Source: Octopus sinensis (lineage: Eukaryota). From it: DNA of 64,000 nucleotides. Of the stretch, positions 27,090 to 39,644 are shown one piece after another. Each line of letters begins with the position of its first letter. Within the stretch, counting starts at the first letter, position 1. The stretch spans positions 31,682,001 to 31,746,000 of the forward strand of contig NC_043002.1 in the NCBI RefSeq assembly GCF_006345805.1, in the 5' to 3' direction. Below the pieces are notes generated by a model. It ran no database searches and had not been told where the DNA came from. It worked only from the letters and a program-made list of their open reading frames with translations. The position numbers and the translations under genes were made by a program.

Positions 27090-27780
27090 TATATATAATT
27101 ATATATAAATTTTTGCTTTTCTGCTTCTAAGCCAAAAGGCTGTGGCCATGCTCCGGCCCCTCCATTGTAATCGGCTTTAAAATGGTAATTCATCTTTGAT
27201 TGGCATATGGTGAAAAGGATCTCTTACCGTGTCAGTATCTTGCTGAACAGAATGTCTAAGTATTCTTCAAAAATATCAGACACCGAAACATATTGATGGC
27301 TTAGGATCAAACATTTATACAAAATTTTGTGTCGAATGAATCAATCCCAGTATTTAGTTTTTTTTAGCCTGGCACTCATTTAATCGACCTCTTTTCCCGA
27401 ACTGCTAAGTCGAGTGTACGGAAATACACCAGCGCCGGAAGCCAAGCGGTGGTGATAGAAAGACACACGCACATACCCAAAACACAAACAGGCAACACAC
27501 ACATACACACATACACACACACATATATATATTATTTACACGCACACACATATGTATTATATATATATATGAACAATGCAGCACGGAATTTTGTCACTGA
27601 TCAGTTCGTGGTCTCAAGGCGAGGAAAATATTGTGGCAGATTAAATTTAAACGTTGAAGTGAAGCTAGCGGTTTTCGTGTGCATTTAAATGGCTTATAAA
27701 TACCTTCCACGCTGCAATTGTTTTTCTTTCAACACCACGATCTCAGATCAGGTCACGTGCTATGCAAATACATATCGTAT

Positions 27781-27852
<72 letters not shown>

Positions 27853-27862
27853 GCAAAAAAAA

Positions 27863-28086
27863 AAGTCAAAATAGAAAATGCTAAAATAATTTATAGAAAC
27901 ATTTCAGTACCGGTTTCAGTCATTGAGGCTTTTTCAACTGTAATTATGGAAAACAATAAATTTGGAAAGATTAATAGAAAATTTTTTTCAAAGAATATTT
28001 GTACAGTGTTCAAATATAAGTGGCATTTTCCTTGTTTCTGCCTGTCTCTGTCTCTCTTGTTTACTCTTGTGGGTTCGAGGTCGTTG
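27863..28086 (-). repeat. Interspersed repeat carrying a U3-A8 hammerhead variant (motif 27901-27944)
   Basis: Inverted homologue at 60587-60814; tacag TTGAAAA agcc-tcaat-gact GAAA ccgg TA ctg. Confidence 0.75.
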
Positions 28087-28090
28087 TATA

Positions 28091-28159
<69 letters not shown>

Positions 28160-29192
28160 ATATTACATATATGTGTATTGTGTGTATATATATATGTATG
28201 CATGTATGCATCTACGTGTGTGTGTGTATGCATATATATATATAGCGATACATAGATAGATAGATAGATAAAAGATAGAGAGATAAAGAGAGAGATGGAA
28301 TTAGGGAAAGAGAATGATAGATTTTGAAAGACAGAATTTATAGATGATGAAATATTTAGAAACACGTGTCGCATAGTTAGTCAAAGTAACACATACATGC
28401 ATACTCATACATTCATACATGCATACATACATACAAATATACATACATGCATACATACATACATACACATACATACATACATACATACATACATACATAC
28501 ATTCATACATACATACATACATACATAGACATGTATTTATTTATTACATACACTAAGGATAATGAAAATGCCAGAAAGAGACTTCATTATTAGTTAAATG
28601 TGGAATATTCCCCTCTTCAAAAACCAAGGAGAATTGGATTACATCTTTTAAAAAGTCAATAATTTACTAAGAAGTTAAAACGAGTTCTTCATTTATGACT
28701 TAAATTCTTTTAAGTAAGAAAGGGAGCGGCGTTTAAAAACATCCATACATACACAAAGATTTATATATATATATATTTATATACACAAATATTATATATA
28801 TATATATATATATATATTCATACATACATACATATCCATACATACATATACATACATACATATCCATACATACATATCCATAGATACATATGTATGTATA
28901 AATACGTATGTGTATTTGTGTGCATATATATACACACACACACATATCATTCATATAAGAGCGTACGTGTGCGTAATTATATGTATGTGCATGTATGTTC
29001 TTAATGTGTATAAGTAAATGTGTAGGGTATTAAGAATCAATTTGATGCATTCAACGGTGGAAACATCGTAGAATGGCAATTTCCTTTTTTTCTAGAATTT
29101 TCTGCAGATGTAATAAAAAAATATTATGTTACGACTATTGATGTCAACGCAACGTCTGAATAACGTTGATACAGACACAGATATAAACACAC

Positions 29193-29229
<37 letters not shown>

Positions 29230-29356
29230 TGCGCATACTGATACACACATGCACAAAGAGACACAGATACACAGGCACAAATACAAATAGAAACACACAC
29301 AAACACAGACATGCACGCATCTATATATACATATACATATGCACACACACACACAC

Positions 29357-29409
<53 letters not shown>

Positions 29410-29597
29410 ATACACATATATATAAATATGTATATACACACACGTGTATTGATAGTTATATATGACTATCTAACGCATATACAGGTGAAAATCTATCTGT
29501 AGTGATCTGTATATATCAATATATATGCACACATATACACTCCCCATCACAGTACCATGCGGGACTCTTTGTCTCTACCTCTCGTTCTCTCGGTCTC

Positions 29598-29628
<31 letters not shown>

Positions 29629-29818
29629 TTCCTTCTCTCTTACCCCCTCTCTCTCTCTCTCTCTTTCACACAGACACAAACACATACAGTGATACACACA
29701 CACAGATAAATTCATATGTGTGCGTGTGTATATATATATATATGTATAGGTACATAACTACACACGGGTTTGTTTGTGCGTGTCTTTGTACAGGCGCTCG
29801 TGTTTCTGTCTGTGTGTA

Positions 29819-29877
<59 letters not shown>

Positions 29878-30538
29878 GATATAATATTATATATATATAT
29901 ATGCATCATATATATAAATATCGGTACTGTATGTATGTATGTATGTATGTATTGTATCAATAATATATATATGCTATAATATATATATATGTGCATATAC
30001 ATATGTATATGCGTATGCATATGTACATATATATATGTATATGCATATACATATGCATATATATATATATATGTATTACTTACACAAACACCCACACGCA
30101 ACACATATATACTATACCCGCACGCATACATAAAAACCTTTATTTATCGCAAGGAATATGTCACAATCTTTTACCATATATAAATGTGTACGTGTGTTTC
30201 GATGTATGTTCGTGTGTGTGTATGTATGTGTGTGTGTGTGTGTGCGTATGTGCGGGTATAATTCTACATGCATTGTAGTAATGTAGTTCATATTCATATA
30301 CACCTGTAATGTTGCAAGCAAGCTACGACTGCACACGTATATATCTGTGTATTTTTTACCTTAAAACACACACACAGGCTTGCTAGCACACGAACATACA
30401 TACACAAATTCACACAATTATTTTTGAAAGTTTGTGTGTGTGTGTGTGCAAGTGTTTTTATATATATATGAATATATACATACGTATATGGATATGTATG
30501 TATATGTATATGCACACACATACACACAACACATATAT

Positions 30539-30572
<34 letters not shown>

Positions 30573-30732
30573 CAGACATACATAATAATATATATACATA
30601 TATGTGTGTGTTTATAGATATATTTTTAATTATATATATATGTACATATGTATATAGATATGTATGTACGTATATATATATATATATATGTGTGTGTGGT
30701 ATATATATAAGCATATGTGTAATATATAAACA

Positions 30733-30798
<66 letters not shown>

Positions 30799-30819
30799 CA
30801 TATATACATATAGATGGTT

Positions 30820-31030
30820 GTGTATAGTGTACCCATGACCTTTACCTGTCCCTCACAAGATCGATGCAGTCTATATTCGTCTGTAAGCTGATGTCTGCAT
30901 GTAAAAAATACATCGACGGGAAGTGATTCCAGAAGGTTAACGAACTGGGAAGAATCGACTGGGCGGAGTAATTACATTGGGACGGGGCTGGGGTTATTCA
31001 GTGGATTTACGGATAGGCTCGGATGTAAAA
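30820..31030 (-). mobile_element. Old CR1/L2-group LINE 3' remnant
   Basis: Degenerate AQSILP..TFWN.FP...IDCIDL C-terminal pattern. Confidence 0.35.
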
Positions 31031-31330
31031 TATTATTTTCTATTTAAAATAAATAAGAAAATAGAGACAGCGTGTCAACTTGATTCGTTGTAATGAGTTG
31101 GTGAGTGAGATTTTAACAATTAGTAAAATGGCTTTTTCATTTCATGTTGTCTAGAATACGTGCATATATTTAGAGAGAGAAATACATGCACGCACAGAGA
31201 GAGAGAAAGAAAGAGTGATAGAAACACGCACACATACTTTGCATATATAATGAGGAGTTTAGTATTCTCATACATACACACACATACAAATATGCATAGG
31301 TATGTATTTGTGCTCTCTCTATCTTTGTCT

Positions 31331-31389
<59 letters not shown>

Positions 31390-31491
31390 ATACATATATA
31401 CATACATATACATATATACATATACATATTTATACATATACATACACACACATACATATATATATATATATAATATATATATATATAATAT

Positions 31492-31559
<68 letters not shown>

Positions 31560-31649
31560 AGTATATATATGCGTCGCCGTGAGCGGTACATCATTTGTAC
31601 GATGTGGAAAATATACCGCCAACTTTGCCCAAACGACCTTAACATTAGC

Positions 31650-31991
31650 TTTCCCTGCCCAATTCAAGATCACAACATACATGTACACTGCAACATAATT
31701 TCTTTTCCTCAACAGGCACTGCTCTATTTAACATTGTCCCGTGGGAGATCAAAGAGGAAAAGGATCCCATCAACTTTAAACGGAGTCTGGATAGATTCTT
31801 TCAAAGAATACCAGATAAACCACCCATAATTGGATACAACTCACCCAACAAGAACTCACTACTTGAACAAAACTTGACTTAAACAAAACTTGACTTAAAA
31901 AGGATTCGAATAATCCTATCAGGTGGTACTATTAAGTTAGACATGGCCTGGACCAATCTTTGGTCGAAACATATCTAAGTTATCTAAGTTA
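31650..31991 (+). mobile_element. CR1-group LINE 3' end
   Basis: [45 protein letters not shown]; 3' stem-loop gacca-atctt-tggtc and (tatctaagt)2 tail. Confidence 0.75.
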
Positions 31992-32090
31992 TATATCAGA
32001 AAAAGAATGACACAGGGAAAATGGTGATGGCCATATTATGCACTTCATTAGCTTACCGGTGTTTCTGCTAAAGGGTATGTAGTGTACTAA

Positions 32091-32269
32091 TACAGTTCTA
32101 TATTTAAGAGATGAGGAATTATTTACATTATTTACATTATTTACATTTGACGGATATTTGTCCTCATCTTCTTTGTTGATAACACGTTTCGGCTAGTATA
32201 CCCTCAAGCCTTCATCAGATGTCTTAGGGAAATTCCGAACCTGTGTTCTCATTCCTACGGTATTTTTTA

Positions 32270-32304
<35 letters not shown>

Positions 32305-32550
32305 TCACTGCCTGGAATTGAACTCGGAATCTTGGGGTTAGTAGCCCATTCTCTTATCCACTACGCCATATGGCGTAGTGGTAATAATAACAACATCTAA
32401 AAACAAAATACCTTAGGAATGAGAACTCAGGTTCGAAATTTCCGCAAGACACCTGATGAAGGCTGAAGGGTATAACAGCCGAAATGGTGTGTTAACAACA
32501 AACAAGATGAGGACAAATATTCGTCAAATGTAAATAGTGTAAATAATGTA
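32091..32550. mobile_element. Head-to-head inverted pair of family H (tRNA + hammerhead) SINEs
   Basis: Minus copy 32091-32369 with tRNA head; 24-bp palindrome ccactacgccat|atggcgtagtgg; plus copy 32370-32550 lacks the tRNA body. Confidence 0.9.
32448..32493 (+). ncRNA. Minimal type I hammerhead motif of family H (stem III mutated in this copy)
   Basis: gacac CTGATGA a ggctg-aagggtataa-cagcc GAAA tggt gtgtt. Confidence 0.65.
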
Positions 32551-32944
32551 GAGTACTTATAGCTGAGTGCCTGAATAGCAACCTATAGATTTATTAGAAC
32601 CTCGAATATGTGACCCCGATACGCACACTGAGTTATTATTCTCACAATGCTTATGTGTGCGTGCGTGATTGCGTGCGTGTGTGTTTGGAGGTATATGTAA
32701 TTTCCTAATAAAAAACATGTAATCTTGCTAAAAACAGCTTCCCAGAGTTTCCTGGTCGAAATTATAATTAATCTTGTCAATTATTAAGCTGAGAACCCGA
32801 CAGTTGTCTTTTGATCAGATGACGTTTAAACAAGAGATATGTGGACAAAAAGAAGAAACAGACACGCACATAAATACACACACGCGCGCGCGTGCGCGCA
32901 CACAACACACACACACACACATACACACATATACATATATACAT

Positions 32945-33128
32945 GATAGATCGGTAGCCACTACACACATTTTTTCTCTCGTTTTTTTTTCTGCGTCCCC
33001 TTCTGTACAAGAGCGTAGACTCGAAACGTAAAAGACTTTTTCAATTCCTTAACGTTATACTAATACATCTGTTTGTTTTCTACACCACCTATCTTCGTCT
33101 TTTGTTGTTTTTTTTTCGTGAACTCTCC
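32945..33128 (+). repeat. Interspersed repeat with degenerate hammerhead-like motif
   Basis: Close homologue of 48453-48633; ctt CTGTACA a gag-cgtaga-ctc GAAA c GTA aaag. Confidence 0.75.
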
Positions 33129-33162
33129 ACCAGCCCCTAAATATTTATATATACATATATAT

Positions 33163-33617
33163 TTCTAATGCCAGATACGCCGAAACAAAAAAAAAATTGT
33201 CGATAACCATTAAATTTATGCGTCTCGAAATAAACCGATAGAAATCTCTAAAAAATTCGTTATTACGGTATTGGTCCAATTTCGGGGTTAATTCACAAGA
33301 AATTTTCCCCTCTTCAGCGGCACATACGCGAGATATAAATGAAATACTTATTCATACCCACGGAAGAAGCAAGCACCAAGTCCCGAGCAGACTTAAGTAC
33401 CCCAAATATATCCAAATAGAAAAATCTTCGGCGCACCTCTAGACACGTGTGATTCGAACTAGAAACTTTCACAGAGTGATAGAATCCGGAAGTGAAACAC
33501 TAATCTATTTATAATTGATATAGGATAAAATGTTTTTCGGGAAAAAAATTTTATCAATGGCCAGCATATGAAAAACTGCCTTTAAAGGTATTTGTTTCGG
33601 CGTATCTGGCATTAGAA
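33163..33617. mobile_element. 455-bp element bounded by perfect 27-bp inverted repeats
   Basis: ttctaatgccagatacgccgaaacaaa (33163-33189) / tttgtttcggcgtatctggcattagaa (33591-33617). Confidence 0.75.
33264..33322 (-). ncRNA. Type I hammerhead motif
   Basis: tgccg CTGAAGA gggg-loop-cccc GAAA ttgg-a-ccaa TA ccgta; one stem I mismatch. Confidence 0.7.
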
Positions 33618-33957
33618 TTTTTCTTCTGCCCTTATCTTGTAAATTATGTATAAATTTTACCTTTAAAGGCATTTTTTGATATCTATCTATCTATCTATCT
33701 ATTTATCTATCTATCTATATGTCTGTGTGTCTGTCTGACTGCCGTTAACAGCGTGTGTATCGTTCGCGATTTTCTTCCTCCGTCTTCCTTTCTTATGGAC
33801 TTTCCTCTCTTTCTGAAGAAGAGCAAGGCTGCAAAACGTTAAATCCTCTTTCATTCCTTAAATACTATTCTTCTACCATAAGATAGTTCCCAGACAGCAA
33901 TACTCTTAAATTACGTAGGTAAAGAGAAAAAATAACGAATCCACCCGGCCGTCTTTA

Positions 33958-34032
33958 ACTACATACGCGTTTCTGGATTAAAGAGATGTAAAATTTTAAT
34001 TTTTACTCGCTTATTTCCTTCTTCAGTGTAGT
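33958..34032 (-). ncRNA. Minimal type I hammerhead motif, core intact
   Basis: actaca CTGAAGA agga...tcca GAAA cgcg TA tgtagt; 6-bp stem I, palindromic ACGCGT stem III, GUA site. Confidence 0.75.
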
Positions 34033-34194
34033 ATTCTAATTGTAAATTTGAGAGTACTAATAATTAAATACACATTCGACCAAGCGACATCGACTAGCTA
34101 TATCCTCAACAGCACTTCCGTATACAGACGAGTGAGACTCTAATTCTTCCCCAGTCACCCACGTGTATGTATGCATGTATATGTATGTATATAT

Positions 34195-34243
<49 letters not shown>

Positions 34244-34263
34244 GAGAGAGAGAAAGAGAGAGG

Positions 34264-34560
34264 AGGACCACGTACTGCAATAGCTTGGGTTTCGAGAGCC
34301 CACATCTATTTATCGCCTTGCCAAAACATGTGAGGTATTTCTATCTATTCGGAGGTGTTCTGAAGAAACAACTTGATCTCTTGCTATCTAAGATCCCAGA
34401 TGAAGCAATATCCAGGGAGGAATCTTAAAAGAGGGCAGCAGTGTCGGAATACATCCTTCACCAAATCACATAAGATTTGCCATTTAAAAGGTGATAACAC
34501 AGGCGGTGCCCCAGTTTGGCTCCAGCTTTAGTGCTGAAACATAAAAAAAAACAAAAGAAT
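34264..34560 (+). mobile_element. CR1-group LINE 3' end whose tail matches SINE family A
   Basis: RTTYCNSLGFESPHLFIALPKHVR...LKKQLDLLLSKIPDE; 3' UTR ggcggtgccccagtttggctccagc..tgctgaaaca..aaaagaat. Confidence 0.75.
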
Positions 34561-34593
34561 ATATATATACATACATACATTTACATATGAATC

Positions 34594-34641
<48 letters not shown>

Positions 34642-35443
34642 TTATATATATATATATGTGTGTGTGCGTGTGTGTGTGTGCGCGTGTATGTGTGTGTGTG
34701 GTATTAAAGCCTGTATGTATATGTGTATATATACTGCAAAAATTGTGTATTTTGTGAATACACGTTCCAAAGTATTCGTTCGTTGATCTACTTCACGTAA
34801 TTACCATATTTGGAAATAAAAATTGTATTTCTATTCATAGAAGACCTTATCAATTCTCCTGTTCCATTTTATTTTGTTGTATAATATAATTTACATACTC
34901 ATTTAGTTCTTGTACTTCAATGCATTGTGTGGTGTTGTTTGCGAAGATGTTGATGCGAAGAAGTATTTTTATTGTATTTTCACTATGATGACTGTAAATA
35001 TGGACATTATGTAGTGTTATTTTTTTGTTGGTCATTTTATGTGTAGTGATGGTGTTACGATATGGTTTATTATTTAGGGATATCGGTTTTACTGTAGCTA
35101 ATGAAGGACTCCTAATGCAATCAAATGCTATTAATTTGTTGTGATTTCACATACATACTTAAACTTGTATACACATATAAACAAATATATATGTATATAT
35201 GTATACGTGTATCATATGCATGGATATATGGCATGTACACCACACACACATACATATGTATATATACATGCATGTATATATTGTAAGTATACATCTATGA
35301 ATGTGTGCATTCACGCGAGTTTCTTGAATTTGTTAGATTACAATAGATTATGCGAGACAGACACATATATATCTATAAACGTACTTTCTTGATATAAATA
35401 CGTGTCAGTGTATTATGTGGTTGATTCTGTGAGGGTGTATATA

Positions 35444-35590
35444 TGTCTGTCTGTCTTCTATGATCTCGGGCATCCTCCATCCGACTGCGCTCAAATTTGA
35501 TATGTAGATATCGATTTATCAGGGCGTGTATAAGTCTTGAAAAAAAATTGCAAGAATCAATTCCAGGTGAGAATGCGATCGATAAAGCCA
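35444..35590 (+). mobile_element. Helitron-like non-autonomous repeat fragment
   Basis: Matches the reverse complement of ~53765-53905. Confidence 0.55.
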
Positions 35591-36139
35591 TATCAATTAC
35601 TCATATTTTACCAGGTTGTTAAGAACTGATAAGGAAGCATTTTCGTGATTTCTCGACCTACTATAAATAACAGCCAATGGTTCAATCCCGGATGTTACAA
35701 TCTACTGTGAAAAGAAACAGGTCGCATAGCATTATGGTTTCGAGCAAAAACAAACTGATCAGGTATTTATAGGTAGAAGTTTTATAATTATGATCCTGAT
35801 CGTTCAAATTTGATTAATGGTTAACCAATCAAAAATAGTCCATTGTAAATCACGATCCATGCTAGAAGTTCGAACAACGTTCGCTTCTTTTAAGATCTCA
35901 CAACGCAGACCAGCCAACAGATTAAATATTAAAGAATTCTGAAAGGATGCTGCGTCACGTGGTTCGCATTTGTAGTCATAGAATGCAGTGCGTACATAAA
36001 AGAACTCATTCGTTTCATACACACATTTGAACGTCTAGGACTGGTTATGTGTGCATATATCTCTCTATATATATATATGTGTGTGTGTGATCTGTGTGTG
36101 TGTCAGTGTTTGTGGGATGTGTGGTTGTACATATATATT

Positions 36140-36173
<34 letters not shown>

Positions 36174-36602
36174 TATATATATGTATACATACAACTGTGT
36201 ATATGTGTATATACGCATATATTTATAGACATATATTAGTTATATATATGGGAAACAATTCTTTTCCCTATATTAAACAGAGGATAGAGGACATTTAACT
36301 ATAAACACGCACTCAAGAATATATTAAGATAAATTCAGATAGATTCATGCGTATTAAATTGCAAAACCATATATCTACACGTTCATACATACGTGCATAC
36401 GTGTATAAATGCACATACACACTGACACACATATATTTATATATGTATATACAAACACACATTTGTATATATACATATATATATATGTGTCTGTGTGTGT
36501 GTGTGTGTGTGTGAGTGAGTGTATGTGTGTGTGTGTGAGTGTGTGTGTGAGTGTGTGTGTGTGTTGTGTGTGTGTGTGTGTGTATGTATATATATATATT
36601 GT

Positions 36603-36958
36603 GGAGGTGCAATGGCTTAGCGCAATTCCCATGTTTATGCGATTTCTTCATTCATTTCGATTCCCAGACCGGGCGTTATGAGTGTTTATTGAACGAAAAC
36701 ACCTAAAGCTCCACGAGGCTCCGGTAGGGGGATAGTGGCGAACTCTGCTGTACTCTTTCATCACAACTTTCTCTCACTCTTTCTTCCTGTTTCTGTTATA
36801 TCTGTATTCCAAAGGGCCAGCTGAATCTCCCCAAGAACTAAGTTAAGGGTATACGTTTTTGCGGTGTGCTCAGCCACTTTGCACGTTAATTTCACGAGCA
36901 GGCTGTTCCGTTGATCGGATCATCTGGAACCCTCGTCGTCGTAACTGACGGAATGCCG
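36603..36958 (+). mobile_element. SINE family B (tail type 1)
   Basis: Homologous to 13675-14053. Confidence 0.85.
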
Positions 36959-37037
36959 CATACGAGTGTACGTGCGTGCATATATAACTTATATTTACAC
37001 AGGTATGTGCAGCGCTTATATAAATATATAAGTAATG

Positions 37038-37094
<57 letters not shown>

Positions 37095-37522
37095 GATATT
37101 ATGTGTGTGTGTTGTGTGTGTGTGTGTGTGTATGTGTGTATGTGTTGTGTGTATCCATATAGAAAGAGATTGATGCGCACATGCACGCACACACAAACGC
37201 GCGCACACACATGCACACACACATCCTCATTCGGAAGTGTAAACATATCACGCCTGTCCACTTAAGCGACGTGATTGTCATTGCAATTAGAATCGAGTTA
37301 GTTGAGTCCTAATATTTCTCACCTGGCCAACATCAGTTACCTGTATAGTGACATTTCTACCTTCCTACAGGTCGGACTGCCAATTATTCCCATGTTAATG
37401 CTATTTATTCATTCATTTATTTATTTGTATATTTATTTACCTACTGCAATCTGTAAGCCTGAAGCTTTATTTTCTTTATATAGCTGAAATAAATCGCATT
37501 TCGTATTTCACTTATCTAAGCA

Positions 37523-37869
37523 TGGCGAATTGGCGGAATCGTTAAAGTTTTGTATCGTGTATCTCAAGGTATTTGAGAGGAAATTTCAGCGCAGTGAGTT
37601 CAGATTTTGTACAGTGCAAATTTGCAATATTGTCCTTTCGGAGTCGAACAAAATGCATTAGTTTAGTACTTGGAATGGTTAAAGTTTTCGACGAGTTACA
37701 CTGGTGTATGTTTTCCAGTCTGAGTGTTACATGTTCAAATCCTACCAGGTTAGACACGAACCACATGGTTGTAAGTTCAGTCCCACTGCGTGACAACTTG
37801 TGCAAGTGTCTTCTGCCGATGCCTCGGGCCGAAGAAAGATTTGGTAGGCAGAAACTAGAAGTCCGTTGC

Positions 37870-37870
<1 letters not shown>
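37523..37870 (+). mobile_element. Diverged SINE D fragment followed by SINE A fragment
   Basis: tggcgaattggcggaatcgtta...tttcggagtcga..aaat; then accacatggtt...gttcagtcccactgcgtg. Confidence 0.55.
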
Positions 37871-37901
<31 letters not shown>

Positions 37902-37906
37902 ATACA

Positions 37907-39139
37907 CAGGTTGCGATGAGCAATTGTTTTAATTTCACGCATACGCATTGTTTATCTTTGATTTTGTCGACTACACATTATAGTAGGGTCAGTTGTGTAC
38001 CGTCGATGAGGAAAACAGCACCTTGGCAAAATTCACTCTGCAGAAATTTAGAATCGACATGCTGTACTGCTTGGCTTTCGCTCTGGAAGCTCCAATATGA
38101 ACATTTCAAACTGTTTGAGTGTCAATCTGAGGACGGTGCAGGACATTCGGAAAGAGTTGGATGAGTATAATTGTGATTGCGAAGATACGGCAGCTCGGAA
38201 AACTCAGTCTGATCGTTCTGATAAGAAAAGAACTCCCAAATTTGTTGGTGACAACGATCCCTCCAAGTCAATCTGGTCCATCGCCAGCGATATGGGAGTT
38301 TATGAGTTCCTTATCAGGCAGTAAGTGCATGAAGACATTCAGTATTCCTCATAAAATATGAGAAAGGGCCATTTTTTAATCCAGACCATCAAAGACTAGA
38401 GGTAAGATGTTGCTGCGAAGCTTTTGAATAAATTCAAGCATACCCTCCAACCGAACAAGCTTTGGATTTTTCTCAGACGAGAAAAATTTCTGCCACACTA
38501 AGTTGGTGAACACACAAAACCACCGTTGGCTCGCCGTGTCCCCAAAACTTGTACCGAGTGTGACAAAATCAAACATCCAGTCAATATCATGGTGTTTGGA
38601 GGGATCACTGGTGATGACGACGTTATGCTCCCATTCATTTTCCCACACAGCCCCAGTCTTAACATGGAAGCCTAAACCAAGTGCATGGAGGAGGTAGTGC
38701 TGTTCTAGGTCAAGTGGGTGGCTGATGGAAGACTCCTGTGTCTGGCAACATTCATGGCTGTCAGACAATTTCTGCGACCACATCACTCCTAACATCTGGC
38801 GCCTAACTCCCGAAACTGCAACCCCCTTAATTATTATGTGTGGGGTGCAATTGAGCGGGAGACGAACAAGACTCAATTTAACACCGAAGATGAACTGAAG
38901 GCAAGGTTTCTGGCAGCATTCACCTTGTTTAACAAGGGAACCGTCCTGAAGAGTGGCAGAAGATTTCGAAGTCGCCTTGAGTCTGTGGTTGAAACCAATG
39001 GCGATTTATTGAATAAATTTGCTCTTTAGTTTTTCAAGATATTTTTATGCAATTTTGCTAAATATATCTGATGAAATGAGATGTCAGTGTTATTTCCATT
39101 TTTGCGTAATTCAGACGACAATTTATTCAAAGCAGCCTG
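37907..39139 (+). mobile_element. Near full-length decayed Tc1/mariner element, maT (DD37D)-like
   Basis: TIRs caggttgcgatgagcaattgt / acaatttattcaaagcagcctg + TA; motifs WIFSDEKNF, NTQNHRWLA, NPLNYYVWGAIERETNK, FRSRLESVVETNG; many stops and frameshifts. Confidence 0.85.
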
Positions 39140-39261
39140 TATATCATCTTCCCAAACCGCCTCAGACTCAACACGGAGGCTTACATCAAGTGCCTGGAAG
39201 AGGAAGTACTGCCCTGGGTCAAAAGGGTGGCTGCTAGAAGACCTGTAATATATTAGTATAT

Positions 39262-39328
<67 letters not shown>

Positions 39329-39330
<2 letters not shown>

Positions 39331-39644
39331 ACCCCCCTTCGGTCATGAATGACCATGGGATTGCACCTAGAAAGTTACCCTCCTAGACACAAGTCCGGGC
39401 AAGTTTGTTTATGGAAGACCAGCAGTCGCCCATGCATACAGCCCCCTCTCTCCACGCCACCAGTGTACCAAGGGAAAGACAAGGTCGATACAGCTTGGCA
39501 CGAGTGACGTCGCAACTCATTTCTACAGCTGAGTGAACTGGAGCAACGTGAAAATAAAGTGCTTTGCTCAAGAACACAACACGCCGCCCGGTCCGGGATT
39601 CGAGCTCACAACCTCACGATCGTAAGCTCGACGCTCTAACCACT
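39329..39644 (-). mobile_element. SINE with C-type head/centre and tail type 3
   Basis: gtggttagagcgtcgagcttacgatcgtgagg...ttgtgttcttgagcaaagcacttta; tail aatcccatggtcattcatgaccgaagggggg. Confidence 0.8.

Noticed and set aside
31945-31980. Hairpin followed by GAAAC as a hammerhead (likewise the SINE A tail cagtc-aaat-gactg-aaac)
   Set aside because: No CTGANGA box; it is the 3' stem-loop of a CR1-group LINE.
32300-32372. tRNA gene (also at 17050-17126, 18045-18119, 25197-25270 and others)
   Set aside because: Acceptor stems pair poorly and each is attached to a repeated body, so they are SINE heads.
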